Assembly (NCBI GenBank): GCA_021809895.1
Contig: JAJZJU010000001.1
Coordinates: 1-60,342, forward strand
DNA: 60,342 bases
From: a bacterium
Lineage (GTDB): Bacteria > Chloroflexota > Dormibacteria > Aeolococcales > Bog-877
Reading direction: 5' to 3'
The notes beneath the pieces were generated by a model. It did not search any database. It worked only from the letters and a program-made list of their open reading frames with translations, and was not told the origin of the DNA. Made by a program: the position numbers and the translations under genes. Of this stretch, positions 27,847 through 35,888 are shown piece by piece; positions within the stretch are counted from its first letter, which is position 1, and every line of letters begins with the position of its first letter.

Positions 27847-28289
27847 CCAGCGGTGGCCTGGACCCTGGAGTCTTCCGAGAGGAGCGCCGGCCGGCGCTCT
27901 GGCGGGGTGATCTTGAACCGTAGCAGGTAGGGCAGGTGCTGGGCCCGGTTGGTGCGGCGATAGAAGGCGTAGTCGCCAAGGAACCGCTCAGCGTAGGCGT
28001 CAAGTTCGGCCACGAGGTCCGACATCGCCTCATCCACCGTCTCCCCGAAGCCCAGCAGGCCAAATTGGGACAGACGGACCGTGACCTCCCCATCGTCGAC
28101 GATGACCTCTGGCGCGAAACGGTAACCCGCGAGAGCGGCCTCGGCCACCTCCCCGCCGATCAGGAGTGCGCGCTCACGGCCACCGTTCCGATCGATCACC
28201 TTGGGATGTTGGCGATGCACCACCTCGGTCATCACCTCCGAGAGGGACGCCTTGGCCCTGGTGAACTCGATCTCGGTAGTCAGTTCCAT
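27843..28289 (-). CDS. Phd/YefM-like antitoxin fused to a second (HicB-N-like?) domain
   Basis: Start moved to ATG 28289. MELTTEIEFTRAKASLSEVMTEVVHRQHPKVIDRNGGRERALLIG is Phd/YefM-like. The second half ...LLGFGETVDEAMSDLVAELDAYAERFL resembles HicB/antitoxin alpha-beta domains. Confidence 0.5.
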   Translation of the reverse strand: MELTTEIEFTRAKASLSEVMTEVVHRQHPKVIDRNGGRERALLIGGEVAEAALAGYRFAPEVIVDDGEVTVRLSQFGLLGFGETVDEAMSDLVAELDAYAERFLGDYAFYRRTNRAQHLPYLLRFKITPPERRPALLSEDSRVQATAG

Positions 28290-28491
28290 TAGGCTAGAAT
28301 AGCACAGCTTGACCAGAGTGACCAGTTGTGCGCCCTTGGAGATGGAGGCCACGGTGCTCGCCTCGCTGCCACCCGCAGTCTGGGGCTGTGACGGGGCCTT
28401 CTGGGCCAAGAGGACGTCGGCGGGATAAATGACTCGCACCTCAAGTGTGATGGAGCGCACCATTAGTAGGACGGGTGGTACTCTAGACGGT

Positions 28492-28785
28492 ATGAGCACA
28501 GCGGAGAAGGTCACGGTCAGTCTGCCAGCCGAGCTGCTGGCTCGGATCGAGGATCGTCGTCACGGCCGCAAGACCAGCCGTTCCCAAGTGGTGTCGGAGT
28601 TACTTTGGCGCGGCTGGCGCCAAGCCGAGACCGAGGACCGCGAGCAACGGTACCGCACCTCCTACCAGGCGGAGCCCGACACCAGGGAAGAGCAGGCGTG
28701 GGCCGACCAGGCGGCAGCCGATACGCTCGGTGAGGCGAGCTCTGTCTGGGCGCCCGACGACGCCAGCAACGATGCGTCGAGCTGA
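28492..28785 (+). CDS. ribbon-helix-helix (CopG-type) antitoxin, MazE-like
   Basis: MSTAEKVTVSLPAELLARIEDRRHGRKTSRSQVVSELL RHH motif with an acidic C-terminal tail. Overlaps mazF by 14 nt. Confidence 0.75.
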   Translation: MSTAEKVTVSLPAELLARIEDRRHGRKTSRSQVVSELLWRGWRQAETEDREQRYRTSYQAEPDTREEQAWADQAAADTLGEASSVWAPDDASNDASS

Positions 28786-29101
28786 GGTCTGGTGGGCCGA
28801 ACGGCCACCTGGCCAACGCCATCCCGTACTCCTACTCTCGTGGGACGCGCACGGCGACTGGCGGGATCGTGTGACCGTGGCCGAGATCACCACCCACGTC
28901 CGGGGTCTCGACGCCGAGGTCTCCCTCACCGAGGCCGACGGAATGCCCCGGCCATGCGTGGTCAACCTGGACAACATCGCGACGATCCCACGCGGTATCC
29001 TCCGTTCTCGCCTAACTAGGCTCAGCCCATCGCGGATGACCGAAGTCAACCGTGCAACCCATTTGGCGCTCGGCCTCCCTCTCCCCTGCGGCATCGCATA
29101 G
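28772..29101 (+). CDS. mazF: MazF/PemK-family endoribonuclease toxin
   Basis: MRRAEVWWAERPPGQRHPVLLLS...VTVAEITTHVRGLDAEVSLTEADGMPRPCVVNLDNIATIP...RLSPSRMTEVNRAT, typical of actinobacterial MazF. Confidence 0.8.
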   Translation: MRRAEVWWAERPPGQRHPVLLLSWDAHGDWRDRVTVAEITTHVRGLDAEVSLTEADGMPRPCVVNLDNIATIPRGILRSRLTRLSPSRMTEVNRATHLALGLPLPCGIA

Positions 29102-29412
29102 CCGTTGCGGGGCCATCCCTATAGAGTCCCTGACCGGGCACAGGACCGCCCACGCAAGATCTGGCAGCCCGTCGATACTGCCGCTTGAGCCAGCGACTTG
29201 CACTGCGCGGTCGCCACGTCGGCGGTAAAACACCTTCGAGCGCGCCCCATCACTTGGCCCTTCGGTTGTAGTGCACAAGGACCGCTCACGCCCGAGGCCG
29301 CTGCTACTGGCGCTTGAGGGCTGGGCCGCCGGAGCCGGCCCACGCATCCGGAACTCACGGCCGCTCACAGGTTCCGTAGGGGCCGACTGTCGGCCATTGC
29401 GGGCCATGCCCT

Positions 29413-29658
29413 ATGTGCTACCCTACGTCGGTGCACAAGACAAGCGTCTACCTGAGCGACGAGGAGATCGCTCGCCTAGTCAACTTGGCCGAGCGGGAGG
29501 GGACGTCCCAGGCGGAGGTCATCCGGCGCGCCATCAGACGGTATGACCCGGGGCGAAACCCAGGCCGGGACTTTGCGCTCATCGGTAGCGCCAACGGACC
29601 TGGCGGTTCAGCCGCGGACCTGACCGAGGACGAGCTACTTGAAGGCTTCGGGACTTGA
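29413..29658 (+). CDS. vapB: ribbon-helix-helix antitoxin (VapB-type)
   Basis: KTSVYLSDEEIARLVNLAEREGTSQAEVIRRAIRRY RHH motif. TTGA overlap with the downstream PIN gene. Confidence 0.75.
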   Translation: MCYPTSVHKTSVYLSDEEIARLVNLAEREGTSQAEVIRRAIRRYDPGRNPGRDFALIGSANGPGGSAADLTEDELLEGFGT

Positions 29659-30086
29659 CCCTTGTCCTGGACGCAGCGCCGCTTGTCGCAGTCGCCGACC
29701 GTAGGGACCATCTGAGCAGCTCCGTCGCGGCACTGCTCAGGGAGGAGCCGGGCGAGCTGGTCATCCCGGCTCCCGTGACGGCCGAGGTCGATTACGTCCT
29801 CGGTCGCCGCCTCGGTCGCTCTGCGCGGCTGGCCTTCCTTGACGATCTGGCGGCCGGCCGGTTCAGGGTCGCGGGCTTGGAGCCCGAGGACCACAAGGTG
29901 GTGGCTGATCTGGAGCGTCATTACGACGACCTCGACGTGGGTCTGGCCGACTTGAGCGTGCTGGTGGTCGCAAGGCGTTTCCGCACCCGACGTATCCTCA
30001 CCTTCGACCAACATCACTTCCGGGCCCTGCGGCCACTGGATGGTGGCCGGTTCACGATACTTCCAGCCGACTCGCCTACTGGGTGA
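29655..30086 (+). CDS. vapC: PIN-domain ribonuclease toxin VapC
   Basis: LVLDAAPLVAVADRRD..., ...AEVDYVL..., ...GLADLSVLVVARRFRTRRILTFDQHHF conserved acidic PIN positions. TTG start. Confidence 0.8.
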   Translation: MTLVLDAAPLVAVADRRDHLSSSVAALLREEPGELVIPAPVTAEVDYVLGRRLGRSARLAFLDDLAAGRFRVAGLEPEDHKVVADLERHYDDLDVGLADLSVLVVARRFRTRRILTFDQHHFRALRPLDGGRFTILPADSPTG

Positions 30087-30406
30087 CCTCTTGCTGGCGA
30101 GCACAATCTAAAGTGCGGGAACGTCGCCGGACCGGCGGGAAGAATCCGAACCGCACTCCTTGCCCGCGGCGGTGGGTACGGAATCTGGGAGAACCAGACC
30201 ACTGGATCGAGAGCGGTCAGACAACGAAGCTCATCTGATAGCAGAAGTGGGTCCGCCGGATGAAGGAGTGATTTCGCGAACGCAATTTCCTATCTCTACC
30301 GACGCGGGAAGTGGATTTGCGGCGCTGCAGCTTTCCCCTCCAACCGCGGAGTGTGGCGATCACCACGCCCCCCCTCAGTAGTACGCTGATCGTTGAGGTA
30401 ATACCG

Positions 30407-30634
30407 ATGATCACCACGGTGAGTCCGAAGGGCCAGGTCACCATCCCCGAAGCGTTGAGTGCCCGCTACGGGTTCCCGCCGGGCACGAAGTTGGTGTGGC
30501 TGGAGCGCGACGGCGACCTCGTCCTCAGGCCGCTGCTCTCGGTCGAGCAGTTGCGTGGGCGCTTCCAGGGGGGCGCGCTGAGCGCAACGCTTCTGGAGGA
30601 GCGCGCCCGGGATCGCAAGCACGAGGATGGCTGA
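30407..30634 (+). CDS. vapB: AbrB/SpoVT-type antitoxin (VapB-type)
   Basis: MITTVSPKGQVTIPEALSARYGFPPGTKLVWLERDGDLVLRP swapped-hairpin motif. GAGG RBS at 30395-30398. Overlaps the next ORF by 8 nt. Confidence 0.8.
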   Translation: MITTVSPKGQVTIPEALSARYGFPPGTKLVWLERDGDLVLRPLLSVEQLRGRFQGGALSATLLEERARDRKHEDG

Positions 30635-31148
30635 TCGCGTCGTCCTCGACACCCACGCGGTCCTCACCTTCCTCTGAGAGGAACCTGGGGGGGAGGTCGA
30701 GGAGATCCTGCGGACCGGCGAGCCGGGGATGACTCTGGTCAACCTCGCAGAAGTCGCCTACATCCTCGAACGCACCTCCGGCGCCGGAGCGGCCGACGAG
30801 GTTTGGGCGAACCTCAGCGCCGAGAGCCGGCCCGGCGGGGTGCCGGTTTGCTGGATCGACATCAATGACACCCTCGTGCGCCGGGCGGCGGCCATCAAGA
30901 TGCGAGACGGGATGAGCTATGCCGATGCCTTCGCCGCTCCCGCCGCATCGGTGCTCGATTGTCCAGTGCTCACCGGTGACCCTGAGTTCAGAGTGGCAGA
31001 GGAGGCAGGAGTCATCGTCCGCTGGCTCGGGCGAAGGGCATGGCGCCTTCGCGGGTGCTCACTCCGCCAGCACCCGCTCCGTCCGAAGCACCAGCACGGG
31101 CGCCGAGTACGGGTCCCTCCAGCGATGCAGACTCCTGTCTCACCGTGA
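30627..31148 (+). pseudogene. vapC: vapC (PIN) interrupted by a single in-frame TGA (30675-30677)
   Basis: MADRVVLDTHAVLTFL*EEPGGEVEEILRTGEPGMTLVNLAEVAYILERTS...MSYADAFAAPAASVLDCPVLTGDPEF, all in one frame. The paralog at 25940-25942 has CGA (Arg) at the stop position. Confidence 0.7.
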
Positions 31149-31793
31149 TCGCGGCCTCGCCAACAGCTGCCGCAACAGCTCGCGTAACACCTGGAAGCGC
31201 CGGTCCGTTGGCACGGCTGTGATCAACCCTCCAATGCGAATCCGGCGGGTCGGCCCGGGGTCGAAGTGGGCACTGATGATGGCTCTCACCCTCGTCTCGG
31301 TGCCGCTGGTCGCGGCGTGCAGTGGAGCCCGGACCCGACCCCCGGGGCCAGCTCACTCGCCGACCTCCAGCCCGACTGCCGTGATCCCGGACGCCTGCAG
31401 CAAGCACCCAGCGTCCCTGGAGGCGGGGTCGCGGGTGCCTCCAGCAGATCTCGCCTCAATTGACTTTCTCAGCCCGTCGATCGGGGTCGGGGTGACCCTG
31501 TCTTCGGTTATGTGCACGTTGCACAAGTCCGCAGTCGGCGGCGTCCAGCTCGGGAGCGAGCCGTACCCCACGCGCCTCGCGATAACAAGGACGGGAGGTG
31601 GGCTCTGGACGGTGGAGGGCGGTCCTCTCCCGAGGAGCCTCCTGACCAACTTCGTCACTAGCCTCGCCTTCTCGAGTGCGACCACCGGCTGGGTCGCTGC
31701 GGACGGACACTTGGCCAGCACCAGCGATGGGGGGCGGCTCTGGAAGTTGGTCAACCTGGGAGGGAGCGTAGCCAAGGTGGCCCGATCTAGCTC
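30672..31793. repeat. direct repeat copy B
   Basis: See copy A (25937-26998). Confidence 0.85.
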
Positions 31794-32487
31794 CGTAGTG
31801 CTCGCTCTCACACAACCGGTGACGAGTCGGGGACACTGGACTCTCTGGAGCGCCCCAGCAACCGGCGGCTCCTGGCGGCCCGGGGCAGCCCCACCCATAC
31901 CTGCAGTGGATGGGTTCTCCGCATCTGCCCTGGGCCCAGCGCCGGAGACGGCCGTAGTCGCGGTGACTCAGGCCTCCCCCTCGGGGCTACAGTCGTCGCT
32001 GGTGGTGACCGCCGACTCGGGCGCCACCTGGAGCGCCCGCACAGATCCCTGTCAAGCGAGGCTCTGGATCGGGGGGCCCTTGATCGCGGCCACCAGCTCG
32101 AACGATCTCGTGAGCCTGTGCATAGGGTCAGCTGCCGCCGGCTCCAACACCAAGGGGCTCTACATCTCCCAGAACGCTGGTCGTACCTGGTCGCCGAAGG
32201 CGCTGCTGACCAACCTCGCATCGCCCGATCTGACCGGGCTTCCTCACACGGAGGCTACCGCTCTCGCTGCGCCCTCATCGTCCGACCTCTGGATCGCAAC
32301 CACCAACGGGCTCGTTGGCAGTGGCGACGGCGGACAGTCCTGGTTCAACGTCGCAAACGTCAACCCACAAGGAGCTACCTTCCCGGTGTTCTCGTTCGTG
32401 GGTTCGCTGGACGAATGGTTGCTGGCGCCGGGCACCGGACTGTGGCACACGACCAATGGCCGCCAGTGGACCACCGTGGGCGGGTGA
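31234..32487 (+). CDS. BNR/Asp-box repeat beta-propeller lipoprotein (Ycf48/sialidase-like fold)
   Basis: Signal peptide plus lipobox MRIRRVGPGSKWALMMALTLVSVPLVAAC. Asp-box-like repeats STSDGGRLW, TADSGATWS, SQNAGRTWS, GSGDGGQSW, TTNGRQWT. The track ORF start (30919) is a spurious upstream extension. Confidence 0.7.
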   Translation: MRIRRVGPGSKWALMMALTLVSVPLVAACSGARTRPPGPAHSPTSSPTAVIPDACSKHPASLEAGSRVPPADLASIDFLSPSIGVGVTLSSVMCTLHKSAVGGVQLGSEPYPTRLAITRTGGGLWTVEGGPLPRSLLTNFVTSLAFSSATTGWVAADGHLASTSDGGRLWKLVNLGGSVAKVARSSSVVLALTQPVTSRGHWTLWSAPATGGSWRPGAAPPIPAVDGFSASALGPAPETAVVAVTQASPSGLQSSLVVTADSGATWSARTDPCQARLWIGGPLIAATSSNDLVSLCIGSAAAGSNTKGLYISQNAGRTWSPKALLTNLASPDLTGLPHTEATALAAPSSSDLWIATTNGLVGSGDGGQSWFNVANVNPQGATFPVFSFVGSLDEWLLAPGTGLWHTTNGRQWTTVGG

Positions 32488-32551
32488 GCAGCGGGTTACC
32501 GCACCACGGCCGATGCCTCCAGGACTTGCGTCCGCCCAGGACTAGCCCGAC

Positions 32552-32815
32552 TCAGCGTTTCGCTACGGAGATGAGGTCCTCGTAGAGCGCGTCGGGGGCA
32601 AGGTCAAGACCGTGCGGCCACGCGGGAGCTCCGTCTGGGTCGAGGCGCACCAAGGCGAAGAACTTCGGGTCCTTGAGTGGCTCGAAGAGCTCGCCCCACA
32701 GGTCGGCGGAGAGATCCACGGGTCCCTCAACGCCGTCTGCGAAGTGCGGCTTCAAGCTGTGGGGAGCGATGGGTTCGACCGAGATCAAACGCGGATACGG
32801 AGCTTCCATTCTCAC
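32552..32815 (-). CDS. DUF2442-family protein
   Basis: 87 aa. ...HFADGVEGPVDLSADLWGELFEPLKDPKFFALVRLDPDGAPAWPHGLDLAPDALY matches the DUF2442 pattern. Confidence 0.7.
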   Translation of the reverse strand: MRMEAPYPRLISVEPIAPHSLKPHFADGVEGPVDLSADLWGELFEPLKDPKFFALVRLDPDGAPAWPHGLDLAPDALYEDLISVAKR

Positions 32816-32819
32816 GATC

Positions 32820-33107
32820 CTACGTCAGTGGCGAGATTGGAGCCGGGGCATTGCGATCCTCAGCGCGGTCCCAGTTGGTGGGCCAGTGCCGCGTGGTGCT
32901 GCGTGTGCTCCCATCAGCAGCCCCAGCCGCCGTGGCGTCGGTGTGGTCCGAGGCACCGCCAAGCCACCCCAGCACCCCCCTGGAACGGAGCACCACAATC
33001 GGCCTCCGGCAGACCTGGCAGGGCGTGCCTCGCTCGCCTGGTGGGCACTCAGACGACTCTTCAAGGGAGCTCGCGCCGATGCGGGCGGCCCGCCGGCCAG
33101 GACCCAA
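32820..33107 (-). pseudogene. possible decayed DUF4160-family gene (usual partner of DUF2442)
   Basis: C-terminus ...RHWPTNWDRAEDRNAPAPISPLT resembles the DUF4160 tail (...ELLENWERAR.GEPL..I.PL), and ...ASDHTDATA sits where DH.PPHFHA is expected. The middle is missing and the rest is low-complexity. Confidence 0.3.
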
Positions 33108-33396
33108 TCAACGGTGACCTGGCACCGAGAGACGCTTCACCAGCTGGCCAGTAACACCCAAATTGGCCCAGGGGCACTCCGTGCCGGTCGCTCGGCCGCC
33201 AACCTGGAGGTCCGGTGCAACCTCTTCGATGCTGCGACACGAGAGGTCCCGGTTTCCGCCATCCTCCACGCCACCACCCCCATGGGATAGTGTCGGCGGA
33301 TGGGCTGACGGGTGTACCGAGCTGCCACCACAGGTGCCGCCACGCAGACGACGGCCGTCAAGCTCTGGTCCGAGCGAGGTCGAGGAGTCAGGGTCC

Positions 33397-34380
33397 ATGT
33401 ACACATTTGAGAGGTTCACTGAGAAGGCCAAGAAAGTCCTCACCGTGGCGCATGGAGAGGCTGTGACGTCCCACCACTCGTACATTGGCACCGAACACGT
33501 CCTGCTGGGACTCATTCGAGTGGACGGCGGCCTCGCGGCTAGGGTGCTCGCCAATCTCGGGGTGGAGATCGACCAGGTCAGGGCAACAATCGAGTCCCTG
33601 AAGGGCCACACCGAGCGGACCACCATCCGGCAGGCCATCCCCACCTCCAGGGTCAAGAAGGTGATCGCGATCGCGTTCGACGAGTCCAAGCGGATGGGCG
33701 TCACCTACGTCGGCACCGAGCACCTTCTGCTCGGCCTCCTGATCGAAGGCGAGGGTCTGGGGTTTCAAGTGCTCAAGGACCTCGGCGCGACTCTTGAGCG
33801 CGTCCGCGACGAACTGGCCACGCTGCCACCATATCTGGATGCCATTGGACCGAGCCAGCAGGTTCGGAGCCGCGCTGCATGGACCGGGTACACACCGTTG
33901 CAGCGCCCGCCTTCTACACCAACACCGCTCCTTTCTCGTCTCACCGCTGAGGCCCGGAGTTGCTTGGTCCTGGCCGAGGAGGAGGGGCTCAAGGCTGGAG
34001 TCGGCTACATCGGTGGCGAGCATTTGCTTCTGGGACTGTTGCGCCAAGGCGAAGGACTGGCCGCCCGCGCACTCGGGCTTCTCGGTGTGACCCTGGACGG
34101 CGCCCATGGTGCGGTGAAGAAGGCAAGTCTGGATGCACCCCGGCAGGTTGTATCCCAGGTCACTTGGAACAGTGACCTCGACATCGTGCTCAAGGTCGCC
34201 ACCGACCTCGCGGGTGCCCGCCGGGCCGAGTGGACTGACACGCAAGACCTGTTGCTGGCGCTTTGGATGATGCCCCCTTCCTCGCGGACGCAAGAGGCCC
34301 TTCAGATGCTAGGGCCCACGGTCGACGCGGTGCGCGCTTCGCTCGGCCACCGGGAGACTGGGCACTCGAGACCGGACTGA
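33397..34380 (+). CDS. stand-alone protein with two Clp_N (Clp R) repeat domains, no AAA+ module
   Basis: Start moved to ATG 33397 after GAGGAG. MYTFERFTEKAKKVLTVAHGEAVTSHHSYIGTEHVLLGLIRVDGGLAARVLANLGV..., ...YVGTEHLLLGLLIEGEGLGFQVLKDLG..., then a second pair ...YIGGEHLLLGLLRQGEGLAARALGLLGV... Confidence 0.8.
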   Translation: MYTFERFTEKAKKVLTVAHGEAVTSHHSYIGTEHVLLGLIRVDGGLAARVLANLGVEIDQVRATIESLKGHTERTTIRQAIPTSRVKKVIAIAFDESKRMGVTYVGTEHLLLGLLIEGEGLGFQVLKDLGATLERVRDELATLPPYLDAIGPSQQVRSRAAWTGYTPLQRPPSTPTPLLSRLTAEARSCLVLAEEEGLKAGVGYIGGEHLLLGLLRQGEGLAARALGLLGVTLDGAHGAVKKASLDAPRQVVSQVTWNSDLDIVLKVATDLAGARRAEWTDTQDLLLALWMMPPSSRTQEALQMLGPTVDAVRASLGHRETGHSRPD

Positions 34381-34733
34381 ACGTGGGACAAGCGGCGGTT
34401 CCTACCGGAGGAGCCGGTTGCTGCTGTTCATCTCCCATCTCGAAGCTGTGGCAAACTGCAAGCCTCCTGCCAGCGGCCTGAGCGGCGGTGCAAGGTAGCC
34501 GATCCGGTGGACCGAGGAATGGGGGAGCCGTGAACGCCACAACGCGAGGCTCCGCTTGCCCGGAGAGGCAGTCATGGGGAAGCAATGGCCGGGATACCCG
34601 CTGGACGCTTCACCAGTGCAGAGCCATCGGTAGTCCGGGCCGGCCTGCAACGGACAAGCTGCGTCGCTCCAGCAACGCGAACAACCATGAGACGGCGATC
34701 AGCGGCGCGCTGCAGCCACCTCAGGGCCTACGC

Positions 34734-35144
34734 TCACGTGGGCACGATCTCAAATCGGTGACGGCCGTGGAGCCGATATACCTGGAAGTCGGTGTCCAGG
34801 GTGAACACGCGTCGATCTCCCCGCTCCTCGGCCAACGCGACGAGCGTCGCGTCCGCAAAGTCCATGGGCAGGTCCGCGTACTTCGTCATCAGGACAGAGC
34901 TGCGCTCAAGGGCGGCCCAAGACAGCTCGACAATCTCCAAGCGCCGACTCAGCACCAGCTTCCAAAGTGCAGCCTGTCCCCGCTGGCCACCCGCGTGGGA
35001 CAGCAAGTACATGGCCTCGGTGAACGCAGGCCAGGTGGTGAGCAACGGCAAGGAGAGCCGCTCTACGACCATCCTGCATCGGTCGTGATCCGGCTCGTCG
35101 GCGTCGATCAGGGCAACGAGCGGCCCCGCGTCCGTAAGGGTCAC
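34734..35144 (-). CDS. vapC: PIN-domain toxin VapC
   Basis: MTLTDAGPLVALIDADEPDH..., ...FADATLVALAEERGDRRVFTLDTDF. GTGA overlap with the upstream RHH gene. Confidence 0.8.
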   Translation of the reverse strand: MTLTDAGPLVALIDADEPDHDRCRMVVERLSLPLLTTWPAFTEAMYLLSHAGGQRGQAALWKLVLSRRLEIVELSWAALERSSVLMTKYADLPMDFADATLVALAEERGDRRVFTLDTDFQVYRLHGRHRFEIVPT

Positions 35145-35386
35145 GACCGAGGCGAGTGTTCGGCAACGACTTTCCGGAACGCCTCACCTGTGCGCCGCGC
35201 CCGACCGCCACCACCATGGACAACGCCCACCACGTCGGCCAGGTCGGCCCCGTTGCCGACGACCAGAGTCGCGTCGGCACGTTCCGCGGCAGCCCGGCGG
35301 ATGAACTCCGAGAGCGACTCCCCTCGGATCGCTGCCGCTCGCTGGAGTCGACCCTCAAGCTCAGGATCAAGGCGCACGCTCTTCAC
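35141..35386 (-). CDS. vapB: ribbon-helix-helix antitoxin VapB
   Basis: MKSVRLDPELEGRLQRAAAIRGESLSEFIRRAAAERA RHH motif. Confidence 0.75.
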   Translation of the reverse strand: MKSVRLDPELEGRLQRAAAIRGESLSEFIRRAAAERADATLVVGNGADLADVVGVVHGGGGRARRTGEAFRKVVAEHSPRS

Positions 35387-35394
35387 CCCGACAG

Positions 35395-35424
35395 CGTATC
35401 ACGGAGTATGCCAGCAGTGATACG
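35395..35424. promoter_or_regulatory. 8-bp perfect inverted repeat (CGTATCAC-14 nt-GTGATACG), candidate VapB operator
   Basis: Starts 9 nt upstream of the vapB start codon (35386) on the minus strand. Confidence 0.45.
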
Positions 35425-35573
35425 GCCCGGACCCCGGGACGTGTTCGGCTTACGGAACTGCCATCGATGGCCCCGCTCGGCGACCAAGGAGTCCGTTGAT
35501 GGTGCACAGGGTACGATCGTTGGGCCGGGTGGACTCTGGCGCCGGCATCGTGCAGCCCGTGCGGCCGACACCG

Positions 35574-35888
35574 TCATCTCGGGCCGGCCACAGTCAGCCG
35601 CACTGTGACCGTGTCACCCACATCGAGCCCTTCCGCACGGCGCACCGCGTCCTTCACAGGAACGACGTACCGCCCGGCCTCGGGCCCCAGCGAGGTCTCC
35701 CACTCTGTGGCGCCGATTCGCGCCCGGACCGGGATCATCCCCCAACCGTAGGTGACGGCATTGGACAACGCGTTCAGCTCACGGCTCTCCGCGTCAGGTA
35801 CCGAAACGAAGTAGAACGGCGACGGGCCACGCCAGTGCCAGAGGCCGCCGGTGAAATCAAGGTCCAAGCCGTCGGGCTTACTCAGCAT
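35574..35888 (-). CDS. DUF1905-family protein
   Basis: Start moved to ATG 35888. ...FTGGLWHWRGPSPFYFVSVP...VRARIGATEWETSLGPEAGRYVVPVKDAVRRAEGLDVGDTVTVRL matches the DUF1905 pattern. Confidence 0.65.
   Translation of the reverse strand: MLSKPDGLDLDFTGGLWHWRGPSPFYFVSVPDAESRELNALSNAVTYGWGMIPVRARIGATEWETSLGPEAGRYVVPVKDAVRRAEGLDVGDTVTVRLTVAGPR

Noticed and set aside
30675-30677. In-frame TGA in vapC as selenocysteine or programmed readthrough
   Set aside because: The paralog has CGA (Arg) at this codon, which indicates a simple C-to-T nonsense change. No SECIS-like hairpin is evident immediately downstream, and PIN toxins are not selenoproteins.
30919-31233. Upstream 105 codons of the 522-aa track ORF (would fuse the vapC tail region to the BNR lipoprotein)
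   Set aside because: The signal peptide and lipobox begin at MRIRR (31234), as in the paralog at 26447. The upstream part is the out-of-frame vapC 3' region and spacer.
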